64,000 nucleotides of DNA from Candidatus Babeliales bacterium (GTDB taxonomy: Bacteria; Babelota; Babeliae; Babelales; JANWKD01), in contig CAVXJH010000006.1 of assembly GCA_963762115.1 (NCBI GenBank), positions 160,001 through 224,000 on the forward strand. Direction: 5' to 3'. Under the pieces are notes generated by a model, which was given only the letters and a program-made list of their open reading frames with translations, did not search any database and was not told where the DNA came from. The translations under genes and the position numbers were made by a program. Of this stretch, positions 10,544 to 20,255 are shown piece after piece (position 1 is the stretch's first letter; every line of letters begins with the position of its first letter).

Positions 10544-10569
10544 CCAGCTGAAGCCTTGGCGAAAGCTGG
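10544..10569. repeat. REP-like hairpin overlapping the tmRNA 3' end
   Basis: CCAGCT-gaagccttggcgaa-AGCTGG; resembles the hairpins at 9233 and 12441. Confidence 0.55.
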
Positions 10570-11022
10570 TGGAGGCGATGGGAATCGAACCCATGTCCGC
10601 ATCATGTCGGACCCAAGGCGCTACATGCTTAGTTTTCGAATATACAAACGATAACCCTCAAAAACAAAAGATGAAATCGTAGGTTAGTTGCGTGATATTC
10701 TTTTGATTACCCAGCTAAGAAGTCTAACAAAAGAATCTTATCTGATATTATACGTGTCAGCTCAACTGATAAGCACGCCTCGCTGACAAGATCAAACAGA
10801 GGTATTAGCAATAGCCAACTACAGAAGATACTTCACTGAAAGCGTTTCTAAAAACGTTTTGAGCTGTAAATACCACTTCATTAGCTAATGTTTTAACTCT
10901 GGTTGATAGACCAATATTTTGATCTGCATTTATTGTTTTTGACCACTTTTTTTACGAGATCTCAGTCAAAACTCGACATGCTCCTTGCGTCATCTATAAC
11001 ACGTCGAAACCTGGACGCCCCC
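10567..11022 (-). ncRNA. ssrA: tmRNA (456 nt)
   Basis: 5' GGGGGCG pairs with 3' CGCCUCC-ACCA (G3-U), GGTTTCGAC, GTTCGATTCCC T-arm, ATAAAT-GCA resume motif. Confidence 0.95.
10805..10927 (-). other. tmRNA tag reading frame ADQNIGLSTRVKTLANEVVFTAQNVFRNAFSEVSSVVGYC*
   Basis: Translated from the GCA after ATAAAT to the first TAA. Confidence 0.75.
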
Positions 11023-11057
11023 AAAAATTTCAAAGAAATCTTAATTTTTCATTTCTA

Positions 11058-11086
11058 ATTGTAATGTTTATAGGGTGTTTTGTCAA
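11058..11086 (-). promoter_or_regulatory. sigma70 promoter of ssrA
   Basis: TTGACA-N17-TACAAT on minus strand. Confidence 0.75.
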
Positions 11087-11142
11087 GTATGCTTTAGCAA
11101 GCTACTAATTTTTTGATTAAAAAGATAGGCGCTTAATTTTAA

Positions 11143-11790
11143 CTATTTTTCTTTCTTCCGAGCTTCATAAACCTGACGGAATTTATCGAGAAAAGTTTCA
11201 TGGGACATTTTTTTTGTAATAAAAGACCAGGTAACATGATCTTCTTCATTTTTAACTTTTTTACCTTCTGTTTGCTCATCAAAAACAATATCAGAATCAA
11301 AACCATACATATTTTCAAATTTTTTGACTTGATCTGAACCTTCAAGGATAATTTCGGTTTCTATATGATCAAGATCACCTTGTTCATCAAAATAAATTTT
11401 ACTAAAAAACTCACTAAAATCTGCCAACTTAGAATGAAATTTATCAATAAAAACTGAGCAGGATTGACTTGGGATCGGTTTTTTAGTCGAATTCATTATT
11501 TGCCATTTTACATTATCATCAGGATTATCTGAAGGCCTCGTCCTAAACCTCAGCACTCCATCTTCTGTAAAACATTTCGGTTTTCGTTCAGTAAAATATT
11601 CCGATTTTCTTATAAAAGCACCTAAATAGTTACTCCATTGATATCTATCACTCCAATATAAATTATGAAAAATTAAAGCATTAGTTATTGATGAACCAGC
11701 CAACTGAAGTTTAGACCTTACCTGTTTCTCTTCCATTGCATTCATTGCTGGAACAATTAAAAAACTGAGCAAAAATAGTATTTTTTTCAT
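11143..11790 (-). CDS. secreted hypothetical protein
   Basis: MKKILFLLSFLIVPAMNA-MEEK signal peptide; start refined to 11790. Confidence 0.7.
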   Translation of the reverse strand: MKKILFLLSFLIVPAMNAMEEKQVRSKLQLAGSSITNALIFHNLYWSDRYQWSNYLGAFIRKSEYFTERKPKCFTEDGVLRFRTRPSDNPDDNVKWQIMNSTKKPIPSQSCSVFIDKFHSKLADFSEFFSKIYFDEQGDLDHIETEIILEGSDQVKKFENMYGFDSDIVFDEQTEGKKVKNEEDHVTWSFITKKMSHETFLDKFRQVYEARKKEK

Positions 11791-11865
11791 AACTAACTCA
11801 TAATATGACGGAAACATTACAACAAATATTTTATCTCAATCATTATAAAGAACACGGAATAAAAA

Positions 11866-12396
11866 ATGAAATCATCGTTATTATTTCTTTTTCTCATTAT
11901 TTTGCCAGGCTGCTCAATAAATAAACAACAAGAAACTTCTGAAAATAAAATTTCTGTTGAAGTATATGATCTTAACAAATCAACTGATATAATAATTTCA
12001 TTATTAAAAAAAGATGAGTTAAAAACAATTTTAGCCGAATCAGGTCAGGATCGAGAGGGTATAGATACATTAATTAAAAATTTTAGCCCATCAGAAATGG
12101 CTTTTGAAGCAGAAATCTTAAATCATAAAAATCCTGTAGTTTTATTATTTTATGATCCTAATGAAAATAACACTGAGATAATCGAACTATTAGCAGAGCT
12201 TGCAAAAAAATATGAAAATTCTCTAAAATTTATAAAAATTGATACAAAGAAATTATTTAGAGTTACTCAAAAAAGTGAAGTTGATATATTGCCAACCGTT
12301 ATGGTTATTCATAACCGCAATGAACTTGGCCGCCTCGAAAATCCGATAATAACAACCTTAGAAGATGAATTGCAAAAAATAATAACCGCAGATTAG
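11866..12396 (+). CDS. thioredoxin-fold lipoprotein lacking CxxC
   Basis: Lipobox LPGC; PVVLLFY...LKFIKID...LPTV. Confidence 0.7.
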   Translation: MKSSLLFLFLIILPGCSINKQQETSENKISVEVYDLNKSTDIIISLLKKDELKTILAESGQDREGIDTLIKNFSPSEMAFEAEILNHKNPVVLLFYDPNENNTEIIELLAELAKKYENSLKFIKIDTKKLFRVTQKSEVDILPTVMVIHNRNELGRLENPIITTLEDELQKIITAD

Positions 12397-12440
12397 ATTT
12401 TTTATGATTTCTGCTATAATTAAAAAATAAAATTTATTAA

Positions 12441-12544
12441 CTGGATCCTCCTTCGCTTCTCCAGGCCTTCCTACTTCGCTCCTACGGAGCTACGAAGGAT
12501 AAATCAGGCTTGGCAAGCTACGGCGGACAGGTCCCCACGATGAC
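12441..12544. repeat. nested REP-like palindromes
   Basis: GC-rich island; same hairpin as the IS110 target with a second hairpin (about 12471-12503) in its loop. Confidence 0.75.
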
Positions 12545-12574
12545 ATAACGTAGTTGTGAATACAAGGAATAATA

Positions 12575-14035
12575 ATGGCAGAACAATCTTCAGTTTTAAA
12601 TACCTACCCTGATTATGAATGCGTTATTGGCATTGAAGTTCATGTTCAATTAAACACAAAAAGTAAAATTTTTTGCTCATGTTCCAATGAACAATCAACT
12701 GAACAAAATAAAAATATCTGCCAGATATGCGCAGGATATCCAGGCGTCTTGCCCGTATTAAATAAACAGGTTGTTCATAATGGAATTATGGCTGGGCTGG
12801 CAACACATTCAACGATTTCTCCCGTTTCGGAATTTGCTCGAAAGCATTATTTTTATCCTGATCTTCCAAAAAATTATCAAGTGACTCAAAGCGATCGGCC
12901 AATTTGTCTTGATGGGTATATTCCTATCACCCTAGAAGATGGCACCATAAAAAATGTTCGCCTTATTCGTATTCACATGGAAGAAGATGCCGGAAAAAAT
13001 ATTCATGCTCCGACAACAAATGAAAGTTTCGTAGATCTCAATCGTACCGGCACCCCACTTCTTGAAATTGTCAGTCACCCCGATATTGCCAATGCAGCCG
13101 AAGCAAAAGCATATTTAAAAGCATTACGTCTTATTGTTATGTATTTGCGCATCTCAACAGGCAACATGCAAGAAGGTTCATTCAGAGCGGACACCAATAT
13201 TTCTGTGCGCAAAAAGGGTGATCCAAAATTGGGTACTCGAGCTGAATTAAAAAATATCAACTCATTCAAATTTATTGGTGATGCTATTGAATATGAAATT
13301 CAACGGCAAATAGAATTGCTCGAATCAGGCCAAAAAGTCCGTCAAGAGACACGTTTATGGGATGTTAAGGAGCAATGCTCAAAGCCGATGCGCTCCAAAG
13401 AAGAAGCGGCAGATTATCGTTATTTTGAAGATCCTGATTTGCCTCTTGTTGAAATTACTGAGGAAATGATTTCGCGCGTCAAAGAAATAATGCCAGAACT
13501 ACCCCAACAACGCTTCGAGCGCTATGTTAATATGCTTGGCATTTCGGCTTATGAAGCAGACGTGTTAATTGAAGATTTGGAATTGTGCATGTATTTCGAA
13601 GAAGCATTAAAACATACCTCCAGCAAACAACTCATTAACTGGGTGTTACGCGATATCATGGGTCTTATCAAAAATGAAAAAATTTCGTTAGCTGAATGCA
13701 AAATAACTCCTGAAAAATTAGCACAATTAGTTGCTTTAATTGATCAGGGCATTATTAATAACCGTACAGCACAAGAAATCTTTGCCATTATTGCTAAAAC
13801 AGGCCAAAATCCTGAAGAAGTTGTCAAAGAAAAAGGCTTACAACAAATTGGTTCAACAGAAGAATTAGAAAAAATTGTCAAAGAAATTATTGCGCAAAAT
13901 CCTGGTAACGTTGCTGAATATAAGGCGGGTAAAGAAAAATTATTTGGCTTCTTTGTTGGGCAAGCAATGAGTAAGTCACAAGGAAAAGCGAATCCTAAGA
14001 TTCTTCAAGAATTGTTGAAAAAGTATTTACAATAA
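12575..14035 (+). CDS. gatB: Asp/Glu-tRNA amidotransferase subunit B
   Basis: IGIEVHVQL, YFYPDLPKNYQ, HMEEDAGK, DYRYF. Confidence 0.98.
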   Translation: MAEQSSVLNTYPDYECVIGIEVHVQLNTKSKIFCSCSNEQSTEQNKNICQICAGYPGVLPVLNKQVVHNGIMAGLATHSTISPVSEFARKHYFYPDLPKNYQVTQSDRPICLDGYIPITLEDGTIKNVRLIRIHMEEDAGKNIHAPTTNESFVDLNRTGTPLLEIVSHPDIANAAEAKAYLKALRLIVMYLRISTGNMQEGSFRADTNISVRKKGDPKLGTRAELKNINSFKFIGDAIEYEIQRQIELLESGQKVRQETRLWDVKEQCSKPMRSKEEAADYRYFEDPDLPLVEITEEMISRVKEIMPELPQQRFERYVNMLGISAYEADVLIEDLELCMYFEEALKHTSSKQLINWVLRDIMGLIKNEKISLAECKITPEKLAQLVALIDQGIINNRTAQEIFAIIAKTGQNPEEVVKEKGLQQIGSTEELEKIVKEIIAQNPGNVAEYKAGKEKLFGFFVGQAMSKSQGKANPKILQELLKKYLQ

Positions 14036-14038
14036 TAT

Positions 14039-14293
14039 TTACCATAACACACAAGAATCACAACAGGGACAAATGTTTTGTTTTTCATATGATTGAATTT
14101 TGGCTAAATATTTTTTAGATTTTTTAAGTGTTTTTCGCAATCTTAGACTTTCTTGATAATCTCTTTGCAATGCTTGGGCAAGTGGATAATTACTTTCCGC
14201 CGCCAATTGCACAGAAGTTTTTGACTGTTGCATAGCATGCAATGAAAATGAAAATAATGTCATCATAAAACATGCCGCTAGTTTTTTTATCAT
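14039..14293 (-). CDS. small secreted hypothetical protein with Cys-rich C-terminus
   Basis: SD, signal peptide SLHA-MQQ, ends CPCCDSCVLW. Confidence 0.6.
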   Translation of the reverse strand: MIKKLAACFMMTLFSFSLHAMQQSKTSVQLAAESNYPLAQALQRDYQESLRLRKTLKKSKKYLAKIQSYEKQNICPCCDSCVLW

Positions 14294-14306
14294 AAATGTC
14301 CCTTAT

Positions 14307-14822
14307 CTATACGCTTTTCAATTCTTGAAAATACGGTCTCAATTTTGTATATAATGCATATAAATCTATTGAAATTTGTTTAGTATCAGCAAGAGTAACC
14401 ATAAAATTAGTATCTCCAATCCAACGCGGTAAAACATGCATATGAACATGAGCAGGAATGCCAGCACCAGATGCTCTGCCCAAATTAAGACCAACATTGA
14501 TGCCTTGCGCATGCAAAACATCATGCATAATTTGTGTACTCTGCGTTACTACTTCCATCATTTCAAAACGAACATCAGCAGATAATCCACTTAATGAATT
14601 ACAATGCTCAATTGGCAAAATTAATAAATGTCCACCATTATAAGGATACAAATTAAGCATCACGATAACATGTTTAAATCGACGCAAAATGAAATATTTT
14701 TCATCTTGCGTGTCAGCAATTTGCAAACAAAAAACACACGTATCTGCCGTCATATTTTCATGTCTTTCTTGATCTAATGTTGTTGTATAGTTATTTCTCC
14801 ATGGTGCATATAAACGATCCAT
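14307..14822 (-). CDS. HIT family hydrolase
   Basis: LYAPWR, CVFC, NLYPYNGGH, HVHMHVLPRW. Confidence 0.93.
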   Translation of the reverse strand: MDRLYAPWRNNYTTTLDQERHENMTADTCVFCLQIADTQDEKYFILRRFKHVIVMLNLYPYNGGHLLILPIEHCNSLSGLSADVRFEMMEVVTQSTQIMHDVLHAQGINVGLNLGRASGAGIPAHVHMHVLPRWIGDTNFMVTLADTKQISIDLYALYTKLRPYFQELKSV

Positions 14823-14826
14823 GTTG

Positions 14827-16317
14827 TTATTTTCCTGTCAGAATTTTTAGGTGTGGTTTTTTATCAAATACCCAAAACCACCATGTTAAGGTGAGAATAA
14901 TCATGAGCGGTTCAACAGGCATACGTAATCGAGCATACCCGAAACCGCCTGTCATGAATACTAACCCACCAATAAAAAAGCCAGTTTTTAACCATAGCGA
15001 TCGATAAAATTGTGTGTTAAGTGAAGCTTCATTAGTTGAAAATAACGGTTTAATCAAAAAGAGCCATATACCCCCAAATAAACCTAGCCAAAACCACACT
15101 AAAAAGAAAAATTCAAGCCAACAAAAAAAACCAAGAAATGGCGGCATATTTTGTGTAAATAACCACAAATTAATTTTTTCCAATAAAAATTCTTCGGGTG
15201 GATCATAAGAAAAACTATTATTGGCAAAAGCAACTAATTGGCTGGCATAAGGATCAAAAATAGTTTTTAAAACTTCTTTTATCCAATCATACATAAAATA
15301 AAAAGGGTGAGCCTTGATAATTGGCCATGCAATTTTTGAACATATCAATTCACGCGCAAGATATAGATGTGGTGCTTGCGTTTTTAAACGAGCTGTTTCA
15401 AGAGTTGTTTCTTGCACAACATGGTTCATCAAATATCTCATACAATCAAGCAAAGGCTTTCCTGTTAAAGAACGTAAAATTTTGGGCGCACAAAATGTTT
15501 GCAAATAAGCACCCGTCATTGGGCAGAAAAAAAGATGTCCTGTTAATTGATAGTTTCGAACATACCAACCCCCAATAATGGCAAAAAATAACATTAAAAA
15601 TAAAATAATTTTCTTTGCTTTTATGCGCCAAGCACATGCTCCTAACAAAAGAATAAACGTTGCTACAAGAACCGTAAACTGACCATTCGGTCGCAACCAT
15701 GTATATAACCCCAAAAAGAATGCTGCTAATAAAATATCAGCAATCATTGATTGGGAAGTGAGTATATGTATGATAGGTTCGCCAAGTAACCTGAAGCTAC
15801 GATAAAAGAAAATATAAAAAAGTAACAACAATACCGTTGCAAGAGCATCAGAGAGAATGTAACAACTAGCCAAAACAAAACCACCATGAAAAACAGCAAT
15901 CCAGGCAGCTACCCATGCAAGCATTAATGATTGTGCCAAATATAACGCCAAAAAAAAGAGTAAGATTGGTATCGTTGAACAAATAATAATCTGCACCCAA
16001 ATTGATGCCTCCAAAGCTTTCTTGTTTTGCATAAAATCAAAACCTTGTGGGCCAAAAAGAGAATAAAAAATACTTAAATATACAGGATACCCCGGCGTTC
16101 GCCAGAAAATTGGATAAGCATTATCAGGGCGCTGCATACCACGACCCATGGCAAGAGAATGTGCACAATAATGGTAATCACGTGAATCTGGTTGTAAATA
16201 ATAACCATGTGGCGCAATATAGCAACCAAAGACAAGAGCACGGACAATAACCGCTACAATAAAAATTAAGCTTAAATGATGCCAACGATTTTTTAATGAA
16301 AATGGTAGAAAACTCAT
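14827..16317 (-). CDS. polytopic membrane protein, ArnT/GT-C glycosyltransferase-like
   Basis: PDSRDY, RTPGYP, LRP, WYVRNY, ARLRMP; many TM segments. Confidence 0.65.
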   Translation of the reverse strand: MSFLPFSLKNRWHHLSLIFIVAVIVRALVFGCYIAPHGYYLQPDSRDYHYCAHSLAMGRGMQRPDNAYPIFWRTPGYPVYLSIFYSLFGPQGFDFMQNKKALEASIWVQIIICSTIPILLFFLALYLAQSLMLAWVAAWIAVFHGGFVLASCYILSDALATVLLLLFYIFFYRSFRLLGEPIIHILTSQSMIADILLAAFFLGLYTWLRPNGQFTVLVATFILLLGACAWRIKAKKIILFLMLFFAIIGGWYVRNYQLTGHLFFCPMTGAYLQTFCAPKILRSLTGKPLLDCMRYLMNHVVQETTLETARLKTQAPHLYLARELICSKIAWPIIKAHPFYFMYDWIKEVLKTIFDPYASQLVAFANNSFSYDPPEEFLLEKINLWLFTQNMPPFLGFFCWLEFFFLVWFWLGLFGGIWLFLIKPLFSTNEASLNTQFYRSLWLKTGFFIGGLVFMTGGFGYARLRMPVEPLMIILTLTWWFWVFDKKPHLKILTGK

Positions 16318-16399
16318 ACAATTCCTTTTTTAGTCATTTTTTTATGAGAGCTTAAAACAACTTATAGTATTTGCCAAGAATAACTCGATAAAATTTATA

Positions 16400-16456
16400 T
16401 TGACTTTTGCAAGAAAATTGAATTATAATGCAAATATAAGCGAATAACTATTCAAA
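16400..16456 (+). promoter_or_regulatory. promoter with tandem ARG boxes
   Basis: TTGACT-N18-TATAAT; ARG-box cores TGAATTATAATGCA (16419-16432) and CGAATAACTATTCA (16441-16454) upstream of argR. Confidence 0.8.
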
Positions 16457-16462
16457 AAAGAG

Positions 16463-16948
16463 TTGTTTATGAAGAAAAACAAAAAAGAAATCCGACATCA
16501 GGCACTAACAGAACTAATAAGCCTCTATCCAATTGAAGATCAAACAACATTAGCGGCACTTCTCAAGGAGAAATATAATATTGAAACTAATCAATCAATT
16601 GTTTCCCGGGATTTACGCGAATTAGGCGTCACCAAAAAAATTGTTGATGAAGCTTCAGTATATGAAATTGATTCATCCAATACTACTTATGAACTTTTAG
16701 TAAGATCCATTATTAATATCCAACACAATGAATCAATGATTGTCGTCAAAACAATACCAGGGCTTGCAAGTTTTGTTGGCGATTTTATTGATCAACAAAA
16801 CTTACCAGAATTACTTGCTACTTTAGCAGGAGAAAATGTAGTTTTTGTTGTTCCTAAAAGCATTCATGTCATAAAAGAAACGTATGTTGTCATCTGCAAA
16901 GCCTTGCACTACAAAATTAAAACAGTAGAGGATCATAATGTTAAATAA
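16463..16948 (+). CDS. argR: arginine repressor
   Basis: NQSIVSRDLRELG wHTH, VVKTIPGLA, ATLAGENVVF. Confidence 0.9.
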   Translation: MFMKKNKKEIRHQALTELISLYPIEDQTTLAALLKEKYNIETNQSIVSRDLRELGVTKKIVDEASVYEIDSSNTTYELLVRSIINIQHNESMIVVKTIPGLASFVGDFIDQQNLPELLATLAGENVVFVVPKSIHVIKETYVVICKALHYKIKTVEDHNVK

Positions 16949-17708
16949 AAATCTTGTGTTAATAACAATTTTTGTATCGGCAATCATTGCAGGCATAAGT
17001 TTACATACCTATTTTAAACAACGTTCCATAAAGTCCGATAACACCATTCTTATTGTGGGTACTAATGCAGAATTTCCTCCCTTTGAATATATTGAAAATG
17101 ATAAACTTGTAGGTTTTGACATTGATTTGTTACAAGAAATAGCAAAACGTATGGGCAAAAGACTTGAAATTAAAGATATGCCCTTTTCAACACTCATTTC
17201 ACAATTGCAAATGGGTGGAATACATCTTATTGCCGCTGGACTCACACCAACAAAAGAGCGCGCTGAACATGTACTTTTTTCGCATAATTACCTTGCCGGT
17301 GAACCACTTATTATTGTTAGCCTCGCAACAAAAACACCTCTTAAAAATATTGACGATTTAAAAACAAAAGAAATTATTGTTAATGATGGCTTTACGGCAG
17401 ATTTATATCTTTCAACATTGCCAGAAATCACCCTAAAAAGACTTCCTTCTGTTGCTGATGCTTTTTTAGCATTAACAAGTGGACGCGGAGATGCATTTGT
17501 AACGGCCCACAACACCGTTAAACCTTTTTTTGATCAATATGGTTCTGAAAAATTTATGATATCACCAATCGAGGGAACCAATGAACCGGCAGCATTTGCC
17601 ATTTCAAAACAGCATCCTGAGCTTGTTGAGCAGATCAATAAAGTTTTAGAAGAAATGCAAGAAGACGGTTCTCTAGAAGCATTCAAAAGAAAGTGGCACT
17701 TACCATGA
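16938..17708 (+). CDS. polar amino-acid ABC transporter substrate-binding protein (likely arginine)
   Basis: VGTNAEFPPFE, GFDIDL; in argR operon. Confidence 0.9.
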   Translation: MLNKNLVLITIFVSAIIAGISLHTYFKQRSIKSDNTILIVGTNAEFPPFEYIENDKLVGFDIDLLQEIAKRMGKRLEIKDMPFSTLISQLQMGGIHLIAAGLTPTKERAEHVLFSHNYLAGEPLIIVSLATKTPLKNIDDLKTKEIIVNDGFTADLYLSTLPEITLKRLPSVADAFLALTSGRGDAFVTAHNTVKPFFDQYGSEKFMISPIEGTNEPAAFAISKQHPELVEQINKVLEEMQEDGSLEAFKRKWHLP

Positions 17709-18364
17709 TGACTCTTAGCTTTATTCAACAAACATTACCCTTATTATTGCGCGGCACCTTAATCACTCTGCAGATTGCATTATGTGCAAGTTTAATAGGA
17801 TTTTTTTTAGGCACCTTATTGGGTTTTTTGCACAGTAGTTCAAACAAAATTGCACGATTTTTAGTGACTATGTATGTCACTCTATTTCGAGGCACGCCTA
17901 TGCTTATTCAAATTCCCTTTTTTTATTATTTATTGCCAAGCATTGGTATCGAGCTTTCATTAATTACTACAGCAATTATCGCAATCGGCTTAAATAGTGG
18001 TGCTTATATTAGTCAAACAATTCGATCAGGTATTGCCTCTGTTGGCAAAGGACAACTGGAAGCTGCAAAAGTTTTAGGATTTTCACCGTGGCAAACGATA
18101 CGTTTTATTGTTTTTCCACAAGCAATTCGCATTGTCATTCCTGCTCTTCTTAATGAAATGATCACGCTCATCAAAGATTCAAGCTTAGCGTCAACTATTG
18201 GCGTTGTTGAGTTATTTAAAGAAGGCACCATTATTATAAGCAGAACCTATAATGCTATTCCGGTGTATTGCTTGATTGCTCTTATTTATTTAACACTCAC
18301 TGGCATCGTTTCTATTTTTGCGCACTATATTCAATCGAGGATCAATCGTCATGTTAGTCATTAA
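17693..18364 (+). CDS. polar amino-acid ABC transporter permease
   Basis: FRGTPMLIQ, GQLEAA, PQAIR, IKDSSL. Confidence 0.93.
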   Translation: MALTMMTLSFIQQTLPLLLRGTLITLQIALCASLIGFFLGTLLGFLHSSSNKIARFLVTMYVTLFRGTPMLIQIPFFYYLLPSIGIELSLITTAIIAIGLNSGAYISQTIRSGIASVGKGQLEAAKVLGFSPWQTIRFIVFPQAIRIVIPALLNEMITLIKDSSLASTIGVVELFKEGTIIISRTYNAIPVYCLIALIYLTLTGIVSIFAHYIQSRINRHVSH

Positions 18365-19067
18365 AAATCTTTCAAAAAAATTTCAAAACAAAGTAGTACT
18401 TAATGCTATAGATTTACACATTGCAAAAGGTGAAATCGCTGTTTTACTCGGTCAATCAGGCGTTGGCAAATCAACGTTATTACGCGTTTTAAACAATTTG
18501 GAAAAACCTGATTCAGGTGAAATAAGTATTGATGGAAAACTTTTAGATCTTACTACCGTTAATCAAGATCACACTGTTGGTATGATCTTTCAACATTTTA
18601 ACTTATTTGAACATTTAACGGTTGAACAAAACATTACATTGGCCTTAACAAAAGTTGCACACAAATCAAAAATTGAAGCAAAAAAAATTGCGCGCACACT
18701 TTTAAAACAATATGGTTTAGAAAACTTAGAAAATGCTTATATCAGCCAATTATCAGGTGGGCAAAAGCAACGTCTTGCAATTGCACGAACGTTAGCACTT
18801 AATCCACGAATTCTTTGTGCTGATGAACCAACATCAGCTCTTGATCCGTTACTCACCAACTATGTTGCGCAAACGCTGCAAGAACTTGCACAACAAGGAT
18901 TAATCGTTTTAATTGCTTCACATGATGTTGCCTTGGTCAATGCACTTGATTGCACAATTTATTTAATGCAACAAGGATCAATTGTTGAAACTACAACTTC
19001 AAAGAAATTACGTGAGCGTCCTGAAAACTACCCTCAACTAAGCGCATTTATGCAGGGAAAAAGTTAA
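18351..19067 (+). CDS. polar amino-acid ABC transporter ATP-binding protein
   Basis: GQSGVGKS, LSGGQKQR, DEPTSALDP. Confidence 0.93.
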   Translation: MLVIKNLSKKFQNKVVLNAIDLHIAKGEIAVLLGQSGVGKSTLLRVLNNLEKPDSGEISIDGKLLDLTTVNQDHTVGMIFQHFNLFEHLTVEQNITLALTKVAHKSKIEAKKIARTLLKQYGLENLENAYISQLSGGQKQRLAIARTLALNPRILCADEPTSALDPLLTNYVAQTLQELAQQGLIVLIASHDVALVNALDCTIYLMQQGSIVETTTSKKLRERPENYPQLSAFMQGKS

Positions 19068-19069
19068 AA

Positions 19070-20239
19070 TTACCACTTAAATTGCGTTTTTTCTTCTCCT
19101 CCCAATCCAAGTTTTATTGGCTCAATAATTAAATTATAAAAACTCTCTTTATTTTCTTGTAATTGCGATAGTAAACCATCAATGAATTCGTAAATAGTAC
19201 CCATCTTTGCATTATATGGTGATAATCGATATTTTTCATCTCTCCAGGCGTCACTTCTATTATTACTCTTAAAATCACTTATTTTTCTATGCAAGACATC
19301 AAAATTATTAGATATCGCATATAAAAATGGCAATATTTCTTTTTTATAGAGATCAGGAAAGCGTTCCATTAATGATGTGTTAACAAAAACCGTAAATTTA
19401 GTTATACCAATATTTGGCAATAGTATAGAATCAAAATCTTTTGGCTTAATATCTTTATTTTTCAATATATTAAGATCATTTAAAAAATTGTCACTTGCTT
19501 CCTTGAATGTTTCTAATGCTTCTTTTGCTTTTTCAAGTTTATTTTTAAGAACAATCTCATCTGATGATTCTTCTTTTTCAAGTCCCAATCTTCTCCCCAA
19601 CTCTAACCTGAACTGTTCTGGATAATCTTTCATAAAAAATTCTGACAACGTTTCTACCATTTGCTTTATATTTATTGTTCGCATGCCCTGACCTTGCAAA
19701 GAGTGAACCATACTATTTTTATTATAATCTTGGTGATGTTGTAACCCACTCATTTGAACAACCTTGTTAAGACGATCTTTAGCATCCTGAAGCGATGTTT
19801 TTGCTTTTTCAAAAATGGCAAAAGCCTTTTTTTGTGTATCTTCTGAGACTTGAACTTTTTTCTTTTGCAAATCTTGGACAATAGCATTAAGCTTTCCCTT
19901 AAATGCATTAAGGGTACCTAATAAATCGCTATATTCTTCATACAAAGACTCTATTATTTTTTTATCAAAAGATGACACATCTTTTTGCTTATGAAGATGA
20001 TGCCCAAATCCTGCCGCATCCATTCCAAATCTTTTGATTCCTTCTTCAATCTCATTTAATGCATAAATTACTTTTTGGTCTGCATCACTAATAGAAGTGC
20101 TTTGAATTGGCTTTCCAGATTTTATTAAAGCGCTTTCTAATGCATTAAGCCTTCTATGCAATTCTTGCAATTCAGTTTGCAAAGAACCTTGCATTAAAAA
20201 TGGTCTTACTAAAAAAAATATTAAAAATAATCTCTTCAT
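19070..20239 (-). CDS. secreted helical hypothetical protein (SLQxELQEL family)
   Basis: Signal peptide + GSLQTELQELHRRLNALE; paralog of next gene. Confidence 0.75.
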   Translation of the reverse strand: MKRLFLIFFLVRPFLMQGSLQTELQELHRRLNALESALIKSGKPIQSTSISDADQKVIYALNEIEEGIKRFGMDAAGFGHHLHKQKDVSSFDKKIIESLYEEYSDLLGTLNAFKGKLNAIVQDLQKKKVQVSEDTQKKAFAIFEKAKTSLQDAKDRLNKVVQMSGLQHHQDYNKNSMVHSLQGQGMRTINIKQMVETLSEFFMKDYPEQFRLELGRRLGLEKEESSDEIVLKNKLEKAKEALETFKEASDNFLNDLNILKNKDIKPKDFDSILLPNIGITKFTVFVNTSLMERFPDLYKKEILPFLYAISNNFDVLHRKISDFKSNNRSDAWRDEKYRLSPYNAKMGTIYEFIDGLLSQLQENKESFYNLIIEPIKLGLGGEEKTQFKW

Positions 20240-20255
20240 TTAAACTTCTCCTATT

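Noticed and set aside
9208..10566. Genomic island integrated at the tmRNA 3' end
   Set aside because: No integrase or duplicated ssrA tail seen; the IS is explained by REP targeting
10440..10682. 80-aa plus-strand ORF
   Set aside because: Spans the IS end, REP hairpin and antisense tmRNA 3' end
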